Shown piece by piece: positions 51,625-60,811 of a stretch of DNA of 64,000 nucleotides. A program made the position numbers and the translations under genes. The stretch's first letter is position 1, and each line of letters opens with the position of its first letter. The DNA is from an uncultured Spirochaetota bacterium (lineage in GTDB: Bacteria > Spirochaetota > Spirochaetia > SZUA-6 > Fen-1364), in NCBI GenBank assembly GCA_963781885.1, contig CAWAHW010000007.1, positions 96,001 through 160,000 on the forward strand, in the 5' to 3' direction. Below the pieces are notes generated by a model that was given only the letters and a program-made list of their open reading frames with translations, did no database searches and was not told where the DNA came from.

Positions 51625-53757
51625 ATGGGCATCGTCTCGACAATCCCCGAGAAGTGCCGGCGCTGCTACGCGTGCGTCCGTGAATGCCCGGTGAAGGCCA
51701 TCAAGGTCATCGCCGGGCAGGCCACGGTCATTGCGGAGCAATGCATTGCCTGCGGCAACTGCGTGAAGGTCTGTACGCAGAAGGCAAAACGCATCGAGGA
51801 CGCCACCCTGCTCGTGACGCGCATGCTGAAGGAGTGCGAGAACACTTTCGCGTGCATCGCCCCCTCCTTCCCTGTCGCTTTTGCGCAGACCAGCCCGGGC
51901 CGGATCGTGAGCGCGCTGCGCCGCCTGGGCTTCGCGAAGGTCTGGGAGGTCGCCTTCGGTGCGGAGCTGGTGAGCCGGGAGTTCGCGCGCCTGGCGCGCG
52001 AGGCGACGCGCAGCGGCAGGGCGGTGGTGAGCACGCCGTGTCCCGCGATCGTTTCCTACGTCCAGAAGTACATGCCGCGGCTCCAGGGATCGCTCGCGCC
52101 CGTCGTCTCCCCGATGATCGCCACCGCGCGCGCCATGCGGGCACGGCACGGGCCGGATATCCGCGTGGTCTTCATCGGCCCCTGCATCGCAAAGAAGGCG
52201 GAGATCAGGGACCCCTTCGTGGCGGGAGCGGTTGACGCGGTCCTCACGTACGAGGAGCTCCTGGCGATGTTCGACGCTGCCGGTATCGACCCCGCGCAGG
52301 AGCCGGAGTCCGAGCTGGACGGTCCCTCGGCATACCTGGGCAGGACCATTCCCATCTCGGGAGGGCTCCTGCGCGCCGCGGGCTTCGACGTGGACATCTT
52401 GCAGAACCACGTGATGGTCACGGAAGGAAAGGACCGGGTCCTGCCGGCGCTGAAGGAGCTTGCTGACGGCAAGAGCAAGGCGCGCGTCCTGGACGTGCTG
52501 TTCTGCGAGGGCTGCATCAACGGGCCGAAGATGACGAACGCCATGAGCGTTTTTGCGCGCAAGGAGATGCTCACGGATCACATCAACGCGCAGAACAGGG
52601 CGATGGCGAGCCGCGACATCCTGGAGACGCTCGCGGACTTCGAAACGACCGATCTCGGCCGCGGTTTCGCGGAGCAGGCGGTGGTGCTGCCGCAGCCCAC
52701 CGAGGACCAGATCCAGGCCACGCTCCGTCTCATGCGGAAGTACGGACCCGCGGACCAGCTCAACTGCGGCTCCTGCGGCTACCCCTCCTGCCGCGACAAG
52801 GCGGTCGCGGTGTGGCAGGGCTTTGCGGAGCCCAGCATGTGCCTGCCATACCTCGTGGAGGAGCTGGAATCCACGCTAGGGGAGCTCCAGAGGTCGCACC
52901 AGGCGACGCAGGACAAGCTCGTGCAGACCGAGAGGCTCGCCTCCATGGGGCAGATCTCCGCGGGCGTCGCCCACGAGATCAACAATCCCCTGTCGACGAT
53001 CCTCCTGTATTCGCACATGCTCCTGAAGGCGCACCGCGAGGGCGACCCGGAATCGGAGGACATCCAGATGATCGTCTCCGAGGCCACCCGGTGCCGTTCC
53101 ATCATGCGGGGGCTCCTGGACTTCGCGCGGCAGTCGCGCGTGGTAAAGGCGCCGACGGACCTTGGCCAGATCATCCGCGGTCTCACGGACACGATGAACA
53201 TGAAGCTCGCCGACGTACCCGGCGGATTTGTCGCCGACGCCCACGGCAATGGCGCCGGCCCCGGCGCACCCCCGGTCACGGTCCGTGCGGAGATCGATCC
53301 GTCGCTGCCCCTGGTGACCGTGGACGGCGAGCAGATCCGGCAGATGATCGTGAATCTCGTGCAGAACGGCGTGGACGCCGTCGCGCAGCGCGTGAATGCC
53401 GAGAAGTCCACCGGCGACAAATCCGCCGGTCTATGCCCCGTCCCGGGCGAGGTGATCGTCTCCGCCGCGCTTTCCACGGCGCGCGACACGGTGCTCCTGC
53501 GCGTGTCCGACAACGGCGTCGGCATGCCCGACGATGTCGCGAAGAACATCTTCACGCCTTTCTACACGACAAAGCAGCTCGGACAGGGCACGGGCATGGG
53601 GTTGTCCATCGTCTACGGGGTGGTGAAAATGCATGCCGGGGAGATCACGGTGGACAGCGCGGTCGGGAAGGGGACGACGTTCCTCGTGCGGATCCCCCTC
53701 GGCGGGAATGCGAAAGAGGCAAGCCATGAACGCGGAACAGACAATCCTGCTGGTTGA
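51625..53757 (+). CDS. Sensory (group C-like) [FeFe]-hydrogenase fused to a histidine kinase
   Basis: 2x[4Fe-4S], TPCP, GPCIAKKAE, FCEGCINGP, LNCGSCGYPSC; then AHEINNPL, NLVQN and GTGMGL. Confidence 0.9.
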   Translation: MGIVSTIPEKCRRCYACVRECPVKAIKVIAGQATVIAEQCIACGNCVKVCTQKAKRIEDATLLVTRMLKECENTFACIAPSFPVAFAQTSPGRIVSALRRLGFAKVWEVAFGAELVSREFARLAREATRSGRAVVSTPCPAIVSYVQKYMPRLQGSLAPVVSPMIATARAMRARHGPDIRVVFIGPCIAKKAEIRDPFVAGAVDAVLTYEELLAMFDAAGIDPAQEPESELDGPSAYLGRTIPISGGLLRAAGFDVDILQNHVMVTEGKDRVLPALKELADGKSKARVLDVLFCEGCINGPKMTNAMSVFARKEMLTDHINAQNRAMASRDILETLADFETTDLGRGFAEQAVVLPQPTEDQIQATLRLMRKYGPADQLNCGSCGYPSCRDKAVAVWQGFAEPSMCLPYLVEELESTLGELQRSHQATQDKLVQTERLASMGQISAGVAHEINNPLSTILLYSHMLLKAHREGDPESEDIQMIVSEATRCRSIMRGLLDFARQSRVVKAPTDLGQIIRGLTDTMNMKLADVPGGFVADAHGNGAGPGAPPVTVRAEIDPSLPLVTVDGEQIRQMIVNLVQNGVDAVAQRVNAEKSTGDKSAGLCPVPGEVIVSAALSTARDTVLLRVSDNGVGMPDDVAKNIFTPFYTTKQLGQGTGMGLSIVYGVVKMHAGEITVDSAVGKGTTFLVRIPLGGNAKEASHERGTDNPAG

Positions 53758-54121
53758 TGACGACGCGGACTTCGTGGAGATGAACCGGGTCCTGCTCGAA
53801 CAGCACGGGTACACCGTGCGCGTGGCGTACAGCGGCAAGCAATGCCTGGATTCGGTGGCGGCGGGCCGGCCCGACATCATCATCCTGGACATGGTCATGG
53901 AGCATCCCAGCGACGGCTTCGACGTCTCGCGGACGCTGCGCAACTCGGAGCACACGAAATGCATCCCGCTCGTCATGATCACCTCCGCGAACGACAGCAT
54001 CCCCTTCCGCCTCGAGCCGGACCGGACGTGGCTGCCGGTGGACGCGCTGCTGGAAAAGCCCGTGGATCCGCAGCTCCTGCTCGCGGTCGTGGACAAGGTG
54101 CTGAAGGGCGGTGCGGGATGA
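53726..54121 (+). CDS. Single-domain response regulator
   Basis: LLVDDD, IILDMVM, ITS, EKP. Confidence 0.9.
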   Translation: MNAEQTILLVDDDADFVEMNRVLLEQHGYTVRVAYSGKQCLDSVAAGRPDIIILDMVMEHPSDGFDVSRTLRNSEHTKCIPLVMITSANDSIPFRLEPDRTWLPVDALLEKPVDPQLLLAVVDKVLKGGAG

Positions 54122-54519
54122 CGCCCCTGATTGCGCTCGTGGACGATGACCGGGATTTCCTGGACCTCGAGCGCCGCATCGTGGAAAGCGGCGGCTACCG
54201 CGCCGCCTGCTACTCCGACCCGCATGCCGCCCTGGCCGCGCTGACGGAGGCCGCGGCGGGCGACCGGCCGGCCCTCCTGATCACGGACCTCATGATGAGC
54301 GCGCTGGACGCCGGATTCAGTCTCGCGCGCGCCGTGAAGGCCGATCCGCGCAGCGCCGGCATCCCCGTCATCATCGTCTCCGCGGTCGCCAGCCAGAAGG
54401 GTTTCGACTTCCATCCCCGGTCGGCCGCCGACCTTGCCTCCATGTCGGCCGACGCCTTTTTCGACAAGCCCGTCTCGCCTCCCACCCTCCTTGCACGGGT
54501 GAAAGAGCTCCTGGGGTGA
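54118..54519 (+). CDS. Single-domain response regulator
   Basis: LVDDD, ITDLMM, VSA, DKP. Confidence 0.9.
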   Translation: MTPLIALVDDDRDFLDLERRIVESGGYRAACYSDPHAALAALTEAAAGDRPALLITDLMMSALDAGFSLARAVKADPRSAGIPVIIVSAVASQKGFDFHPRSAADLASMSADAFFDKPVSPPTLLARVKELLG

Positions 54520-56069
54520 GCGACCCGGCGTCGTCCCCCGCTCCCGCGTCCACCCCGCGCCCGGAACCCGTCCGCGCCGCGCGCATCCTCGTTGTCGACG
54601 ACGAGCTGGGCGTCCGCGAGGGATGCCGCAAGATACTTGCCGCGGAGGGGTACGAGGTCCTCACCGCGGGTGACGGCAAGGCGGGGCTCGAGCAGCTCGT
54701 CGAGCGCGGACCATTCTCCGTTCTCCTGGTCGACCTGCAGATGCCCCGCATGTCGGGCCTGGAGCTCATGCAGGAGGCGCTTCTTCGGGACCCCGACATC
54801 GTGCCCATCATCATCACCGCGCACGCCACGCTGGACACCGCCGTGGAGGGCACGCGGCAGGGCGCGTACAGCTACATCCCCAAGCCCTTTACGCCGGACG
54901 AGCTCCTCCTTGCCATCAAGAACGGCCTGGAGAAACGCGCCCTGTTGCGGGAGGCGCGGCGGCTGCGGGAGGAGCGGGAAAAGCGCCTCCTCGAGGTGGC
55001 CTCCGAGCGCTCGCGGAGCAACACGATCATCGCCGCGATGACCGATGGCATCATCGTCATCAACCGCGAGAAGCTCGTCGTCCTGCGCAACAATGCCGCG
55101 GCACGCATCCTCCCCGACTGCGCGCAGCTGCCGCTTCCCTTCCCCTTGAGCGGCATCGCGAGCTCCGACGTGCGGGAGATCGTGAACGTGGTCCTCGATT
55201 CCCCCGGGGGCTTCATGATCCTCTCCCGGCAGATTCCGCTGGGCGCATTCACCTATCTGGTGAACGTGAGCCCCGTGATCGAGCCCGGCGGGGAGACCTC
55301 GGGCGCGGTGGCCGTGTTCAGCGACGTCACCGCGCTCGCCAAGCTCGACACGGCGAAATCGATGTTCGTCTCCCTCGTGGCCCACGAGGTCAAGAGCCCG
55401 CTCGCCGCCACGGAGGGCTGGCTCTCCCTGGTGCTGAGCGGCATGCTGAAACAGGACGCGGCCGAGGAGAAGCGCATGATCGAGCGGGCCCTCGTGCGGG
55501 TGCGCACGTTGCGGGCCCTGGTCAACGAGCTCCTCAGCCTCACGGCGATCCAGACCGGCAATTTCGCGCTCACCCGGGCCTCCGTCAACGTGACGGAGAT
55601 ACTCGCCGATGCCGTGGAAGGGCAGAGGGAGAAGGCCGTGGAGCGCGCCATCAGCCTCGAGCTGTCATCCGCCGATGGGCCCGGCGTGCCGCGGGCCGAC
55701 CTGCCGGCCTTCACCGTCCTTGCCGACCGCGACGCGCTTTCCATGATCTTCGTGAACCTGGTGGAGAACGCGGTGAAGTACACGCGGCCGCACGGTCACG
55801 TCTGGGTCACGGTGGGCCGGGCCGACATGTACGTCGTCGTCTCGGTGCGCGACGACGGCATCGGCATGAGCGCGGAAGACTGCGCGAAGGTGTTCGAGGA
55901 GTTCTACCGCGCGCGCAACGAGCAGACGGCCGCCATTCCCGGGACCGGCCTCGGCCTAAGCCTCGTGAAGCGCCTCACCGAGATGCACGAAGGCACCGTG
56001 AGCGTCGTCTCCGAACCGGGCAGGGGAAGCCAGTTCACGGTGAAGCTTCCCGCGCTCGGCCCCGCGTAA
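54516..56069 (+). CDS. REC-PAS-HisKA-HATPase hybrid kinase
   Basis: N-terminal receiver, PAS, VAHEVKSPL, NLVENAVKY, GTGLGL. Confidence 0.92.
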   Translation: MSDPASSPAPASTPRPEPVRAARILVVDDELGVREGCRKILAAEGYEVLTAGDGKAGLEQLVERGPFSVLLVDLQMPRMSGLELMQEALLRDPDIVPIIITAHATLDTAVEGTRQGAYSYIPKPFTPDELLLAIKNGLEKRALLREARRLREEREKRLLEVASERSRSNTIIAAMTDGIIVINREKLVVLRNNAAARILPDCAQLPLPFPLSGIASSDVREIVNVVLDSPGGFMILSRQIPLGAFTYLVNVSPVIEPGGETSGAVAVFSDVTALAKLDTAKSMFVSLVAHEVKSPLAATEGWLSLVLSGMLKQDAAEEKRMIERALVRVRTLRALVNELLSLTAIQTGNFALTRASVNVTEILADAVEGQREKAVERAISLELSSADGPGVPRADLPAFTVLADRDALSMIFVNLVENAVKYTRPHGHVWVTVGRADMYVVVSVRDDGIGMSAEDCAKVFEEFYRARNEQTAAIPGTGLGLSLVKRLTEMHEGTVSVVSEPGRGSQFTVKLPALGPA

Positions 56070-56151
56070 CCCCGCCTCTTTCGAGTCTCCCGAGTTGCAA
56101 TTGTGCGAATCCCTGTTATAGTAGGGCCTTCCAGGAAAAAGGAGAGGCAAG

Positions 56152-58371
56152 ATGAGAAGGGTCTTCGCGGTGGTGGTCTGCGCGTGTGTCGTCGCCCTGT
56201 CGGGGTGCGGCACATTGGGAACAACCGGCAGCGAGCAGGCGTCGGTGAAAGCCGCGAGCGTCGCGGCGCAGTGGGAGTATTTCCCGGACTGGAAGACGCT
56301 CGGATTGAAGCTCGTCGGCACGCCCCCCCGCGACGTGAGCGGTCCCGTCGAGGTCGGCGTGACGACGGACAAGGACGTCTCGCTCGTCGGATACCTCACG
56401 GACCTGTCCACCGGCAAGGAGCTGCCGCAAGGGAGCTACCCGGTCCACGACGGCGCGACCTGGAGGCTTGCCGCGGAGTTCCCGAAGGCCGGACAGTACA
56501 GCTTCACCCTCTTCGGCAAGCTGAAAAGCACGGCAGGCGACACCTACGCCGCCCTTGCACGCGCGAGCTTCGTCGTCACGGGGGACCCTGCGTCCAACTG
56601 GGCGGTCTTCCCCGGATTCACGGCGCACGGGCTCTCCGTCGTCACGGTGCCCCCGCTCGCCGTCAACGACGAGGCGCAGATCGCGCTGTCCACGGGGGAG
56701 GACCTCGAGTTCGGCTGGATCTTCTACGACAAGACGAACGACAGCTATCCCAGCGGGCAGGTCCGTGCGCAGGTGACCGGATCGCGTGTCTCCTTCACCG
56801 TCTCCTTCCCCGAGACGGCCGACTATTCGCTGCAGCTGGAATGCCGGCCGTCGGGCGCCGATGACAACGCCTGGGAATCGATCGCCATGGCGCGCTTCAA
56901 GGCCACGGTGAGCGCTGCGAACATCAAGGTGCCCGATAACTGGAATGTGACCCCCGGCCTGTTCAAAAGGCTCGGGGTCGCCGTCGTCTCCGCGCCCCCG
57001 CGCGCGGTCACGGACCAGGCGGACATCGTCCTGTCCTCCAAGGTGAAAATGTCCCTCGGCTACAACCTCACCAACCATACCACCGGCAAGGACACCCAGG
57101 TCATGAAGGACGTCGTGGAGATCGACCAGCAGGACCTGGAGCAGCACATCACCCTCTTCTTCCCGGATCCCGGCGAGTACGAGCTGTGGCTCTGGGCAAA
57201 GGCGGAAGGCGACAAGGATGATGCGGTGCTTGCACGCGTGAGCTTCACGGCTACGCCGAGCCCCGCGCCGAAGGTGCCCGACAACTGGGAGGTGGCGCCG
57301 CGCTTCAAGACATACGGCCTGTCCGTGCTCTCCTCATCGCCGCGGGAGACAGGGGAGGAGCTCTCCGTCGTCATCGGCGTGCCCGAGGGCTGGGACGGCT
57401 ACGCCTCCCTCCGCAACAAGGAGGGCACGAGCTCTGTTGGCGCCATGGCGTCCGACATCGTCGGCAAGGAACAGCGGATCTCCGCGGTTTTTCCCAGGAG
57501 CGGTGAATACATCCTGTCCATAAGCGGCAAGCTGGGAACCGAGAAATACTCCCGCACTCTTGCGACGGCGACATTCGTCGTGAAGGTGGATGAAAGCCTG
57601 TCGCCCTACCGGCTGTGGCGCGTCAGCGGGAGCTGGCCGCGCGTGCCCGTGTCCAAGGTGCAGCTCGTGCAGGAGCCCTGGGAGCCGTTCGTCGACTACC
57701 CCAGCTTCGATGAATACCGCACGGGCGTCCTCACCGACGCCCTCACCGTCGCCGCGGCGCAGGGAAACGTCTCCTTCGCCAAGGGCACGACGCTCACATT
57801 CGGGCACGACTACGGCAGCGAGTTCGCGGTTGACGCGTTGTCGGGGAATCTCGCCAAGGATGTGACCATCAAGGCGAACGGCACCACGCTCCTCTTTTCC
57901 GCGGGCTCGCCCTTCGTTGTCGCGGAGAAGCAGGCGGTCGGCCAGCTCATCCGGGACACGAAGATCGTCCTGGAAGGAAACACGCTCCTGGCGCCCAAGG
58001 GCAGCCGCATCTCCTACTGGGAATCGGGGATCTCCGAGATCGTGCCGGCCGGCAAGCCGACGTTGACGGTCGGCGCCAAGGTATACGAGGTGAATGGCGG
58101 CGTGCAGCTCGATGCCGGCGCGAAGGAAGGCTCCCCCCTGACGGTGAAGATCAAGACGGCACGGGACTACACGTTGAAGATCGGCACGAACAACAGCTTC
58201 ATCCTGCCGGCGGGCTCGCTGCTCAGCTTCACGAAGCAGGCGGTGACCGATGTCGTGTTCGCCAAGGATGCGAAGGTGACGCTTGCGGGCGCGGCCGATA
58301 CCGTGACGGCGGGTCAGGGGATCAGGTTCGACGACAAGGGAGTGGCGACAAAATACACCGCCGAGGAATGA
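56152..58371 (+). CDS. Large lipoprotein with four Ig-like repeats and a beta-rich C-terminus
   Basis: Lipobox LSGC; four ~105-aa repeats 'W...P.(F/W)...GL.VV..PP...FP..G.Y.L.L..K...A...F'; AGGAG SD. Confidence 0.85.
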   Translation: MRRVFAVVVCACVVALSGCGTLGTTGSEQASVKAASVAAQWEYFPDWKTLGLKLVGTPPRDVSGPVEVGVTTDKDVSLVGYLTDLSTGKELPQGSYPVHDGATWRLAAEFPKAGQYSFTLFGKLKSTAGDTYAALARASFVVTGDPASNWAVFPGFTAHGLSVVTVPPLAVNDEAQIALSTGEDLEFGWIFYDKTNDSYPSGQVRAQVTGSRVSFTVSFPETADYSLQLECRPSGADDNAWESIAMARFKATVSAANIKVPDNWNVTPGLFKRLGVAVVSAPPRAVTDQADIVLSSKVKMSLGYNLTNHTTGKDTQVMKDVVEIDQQDLEQHITLFFPDPGEYELWLWAKAEGDKDDAVLARVSFTATPSPAPKVPDNWEVAPRFKTYGLSVLSSSPRETGEELSVVIGVPEGWDGYASLRNKEGTSSVGAMASDIVGKEQRISAVFPRSGEYILSISGKLGTEKYSRTLATATFVVKVDESLSPYRLWRVSGSWPRVPVSKVQLVQEPWEPFVDYPSFDEYRTGVLTDALTVAAAQGNVSFAKGTTLTFGHDYGSEFAVDALSGNLAKDVTIKANGTTLLFSAGSPFVVAEKQAVGQLIRDTKIVLEGNTLLAPKGSRISYWESGISEIVPAGKPTLTVGAKVYEVNGGVQLDAGAKEGSPLTVKIKTARDYTLKIGTNNSFILPAGSLLSFTKQAVTDVVFAKDAKVTLAGAADTVTAGQGIRFDDKGVATKYTAEE

Positions 58372-59135
58372 CGCGACCGGCGCGGCGGAGGGCGCTGCTC
58401 TCCGCCGTCGCCTTCCTGTGCGCCCTCTCCGCCGGCGCCGATGACGCCCGGCAGGGCTTCGGAGACCGCTACGCGGATGCCGTGCACTACGTGGAGTCAC
58501 GCGCCGACGTATGGTGCAGCCGTCTGGGCGGCATGGGCGCCGACGCGCGCGTGCTCGTGCCGGCCGTCTTTCCCGAGATCCTCAAGTACACGTCCTTCCG
58601 CGACGACATCGAGACGCTCGGCCTCGCCGTGCTCTACGTGTCGGGGGGGACGGCGCGGGGCAACTTCTCCATCGGCCGCTTCCAGATGAAGCCGTCGTTC
58701 GTGGAGGCCCTGGAGGCACAGGTCGCACGCCGTCCCGATCTTCCCGCGACGCTCCGCGCCATCACGGGCTTTCCGGCCGGCGCGACGGAGAAGGACAGGC
58801 GCACGATCCGCATCGAGCGCATTCGCAGCGAACAGTGGCAGCTCACGTACCTGGGCGCCTTCTATGCCGTGGTGGCTTCCCGCTTCGACCTGGGCGGTCT
58901 TTCCGTCGAGGATCAGGTCAGGTTCGTGGCCGCGGCCTACAACCGCGGGTTCTGGTATTCCGCGGAGGAGATCCGGCGCGCCGAGGGCTTTCGCATCTTC
59001 CCGCATGGCTCCCGGGGCAGCCCCGGGCCCTACCGGTACACCGACATCGCCGTGGACTTCTTCAAGAGCACCTGGGACGCGATATATGCCGCGCGGGCGG
59101 GCGTCTCCGGCGGCGCCGCGCGCGCACGGCCATAG
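58368..59135 (+). CDS. Exported protein, possible lysozyme-like fold
   Basis: Signal peptide; FPE, SIGRFQMKPSF, AAAYNRG. Confidence 0.65.
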   Translation: MTRPARRRALLSAVAFLCALSAGADDARQGFGDRYADAVHYVESRADVWCSRLGGMGADARVLVPAVFPEILKYTSFRDDIETLGLAVLYVSGGTARGNFSIGRFQMKPSFVEALEAQVARRPDLPATLRAITGFPAGATEKDRRTIRIERIRSEQWQLTYLGAFYAVVASRFDLGGLSVEDQVRFVAAAYNRGFWYSAEEIRRAEGFRIFPHGSRGSPGPYRYTDIAVDFFKSTWDAIYAARAGVSGGAARARP

Positions 59136-59259
59136 CACCCGCGCGCACGCCTCAGCAGTTCTGATATGATGTGCCCCCGTCAAGCTCTAAAAGCCTCCTT
59201 TTTTCTTTAGAACTCCTTCTGAACATCGAGGCCAACCCGAAGAGATGGAGAAGGGCATA

Positions 59260-59445
59260 ACCGACGATCGACCAGTCTGATATGCGTGGATTGGTTACCG
59301 CAGGCCAATGTGATCGTCAGGAGCTTGCCTCCGTCTCATTACCAGGATCAGACCATAGTCTGCCTGCAGAACCGCTCGAGGATTCTCCGTTCGCCACGAA
59401 CCTTCCCCATCCGTCCCGGTTGCCTCGATTGCATACGCAGCCTCC
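59260..59445 (-). ncRNA. Candidate bridge RNA / seekRNA
   Basis: Two stem-internal loop-hairpin modules carrying target guides (59334-59340, 59368-59375) and donor guides (59276-59284, ~59302-59313); boundaries approximate. Confidence 0.75.
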
Positions 59446-60540
59446 TCAAGCCACCCGATCAACCATCGCGCCCCACAGGAACCCCGAGAGCTCTCGCGCC
59501 ACCGCCGTCACCACGGTCTGAGAAGCTTTGCCGCGAAAAAGCAGACGCAGAAATTTCTTGTTTAGCCGCCTGCACGCACGGTTGGCATAGCTGACCAAGG
59601 ATGGAGAAAGACCCTCGCGTCGTTTCATCAACCGAGTGCTACTGGGATGGTAGCTGCGGTATTGCCAGGCGGCCTCCACCAGAAGTTTGCGCAGGTGGGA
59701 ATTACCCGCCTTTGTGATTCCTCCCAAGCGCCTCTTGTTTCCGCTGGATCGCTCGGAGGGCACCAACCCCAAAAACGCCATGAATTGATCCGCACCTGCA
59801 AAGCGCCGAAAGTCCCCGATCTCCGAAACAAGCGACAAGGCGATCAGCGTCTCCACGCCCTTGAACGCCTTCAGCTTGGCTACAGGTTCGGCATAGCTTT
59901 TACCTGCCGCGATCTCTTCGATGCCCGCCTTGATCCGCCGACACTTCTCCTCCAGCTCGTCGACTTGGCAGCGGTACTCGGTGAGAGTCAACTGCTCCAG
60001 CGGATCCTCCAACTCAAGAGCCTGCAACCATGCTCGATGCGGCTGCGTCCATGTGGCTCCTTGTTCATAACGTATCCGCCTCCGCAGAAGAAAACCCAGC
60101 ACGCGCTGCTTGGCCTTGCGCAGATCGGACTTCATGTCCTCCAGCATTCGTAGATAGTCGCGAACCGCTTCGTCTTCCCGCGTGGGTACATGAACGGCAC
60201 TCACATCCCCGCTCCGAAGTGCGCGAGCAAGCATCACAGCGTCCCTTCTATCGGTCTTTATGCGATCTCCCGGACGATGTGGAATCTGAGACGGAGCCAG
60301 CACCGCACACGGCACACCCAGTTCCGTCAATTGTCGATACAGGGAATACCCTAGACATCCCGCCTCGTAGCATGTCACCAGGTCCCCCGCGGACTGGAGC
60401 TTCTTGAAATAGGCCTGGATTACGCTCTTTTCATTGCGAATCACCGTCTCGGCCCTCGGCTTCTGATCGCGCCCGCTCAGGATCGCTATGGCGATCTTTT
60501 CTTTGTCGACGTCCATGCCAACGTAATGTACAATACCCAT
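59446..60540 (-). CDS. IS110-family DEDD transposase/recombinase
   Basis: VGMDVDK, CYEAG, KTDRRDA; C-terminal GLVPSERSSG..G.ITKAGN. Confidence 0.96.
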   Translation of the reverse strand: MGIVHYVGMDVDKEKIAIAILSGRDQKPRAETVIRNEKSVIQAYFKKLQSAGDLVTCYEAGCLGYSLYRQLTELGVPCAVLAPSQIPHRPGDRIKTDRRDAVMLARALRSGDVSAVHVPTREDEAVRDYLRMLEDMKSDLRKAKQRVLGFLLRRRIRYEQGATWTQPHRAWLQALELEDPLEQLTLTEYRCQVDELEEKCRRIKAGIEEIAAGKSYAEPVAKLKAFKGVETLIALSLVSEIGDFRRFAGADQFMAFLGLVPSERSSGNKRRLGGITKAGNSHLRKLLVEAAWQYRSYHPSSTRLMKRREGLSPSLVSYANRACRRLNKKFLRLLFRGKASQTVVTAVARELSGFLWGAMVDRVA

Positions 60541-60646
60541 GACTGCCCCCTTGTGCGTTGTTTGTGGCGTGCCGCATCGAGACGCCAATCTCATGATACG
60601 GCCGATCCACGTTGTAGCAACCACCTGGGGGCACTTCATATTGTCT

Positions 60647-60758
60647 CATTTTGGACCATCCTGAGCTTTGGAAAAGGTATGCACACTTTGAAAACGGCCC
60701 TTTCATCATGGGACAAAATGAGAACTGCATCATTCAGTCACCATGCTGAGAATTGCTG
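60647..60758. repeat. Short AT-rich inverted-repeat (MITE-like) element interrupted by the IS
   Basis: The reconstructed empty site GCAGTTCTCATTTTG is the exact inverse of CAAAATGAGAACTGC (60714-60728); a third motif TGAGAATTGCTG lies at 60747-60758. Confidence 0.7.
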
Positions 60759-60776
60759 GGTCCCGCCTGACTCGGC

Positions 60777-60805
60777 TTGACCGTGGGCGCGAGGATTGGT
60801 AGCGT
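60777..60805 (+). promoter_or_regulatory. sigma70-type promoter, leaderless spacing
   Basis: TTGACC-N17-TAGCGT, then 6 nt to ATG 60812; no SD. Confidence 0.6.
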
Positions 60806-60811
60806 CCTTCC

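Larger units (their letters stand above)
59160..60646 (-). mobile_element. IS110-family (IS1111-type) insertion sequence
   Basis: Subterminal inverted repeats ATATGATGTGCCCCC (59164-59178) and GGGGGCACTTCATAT (60627-60641), 14/15 match; TCT core at both ends; lower GC; long non-coding region downstream of the transposase. Confidence 0.9.
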
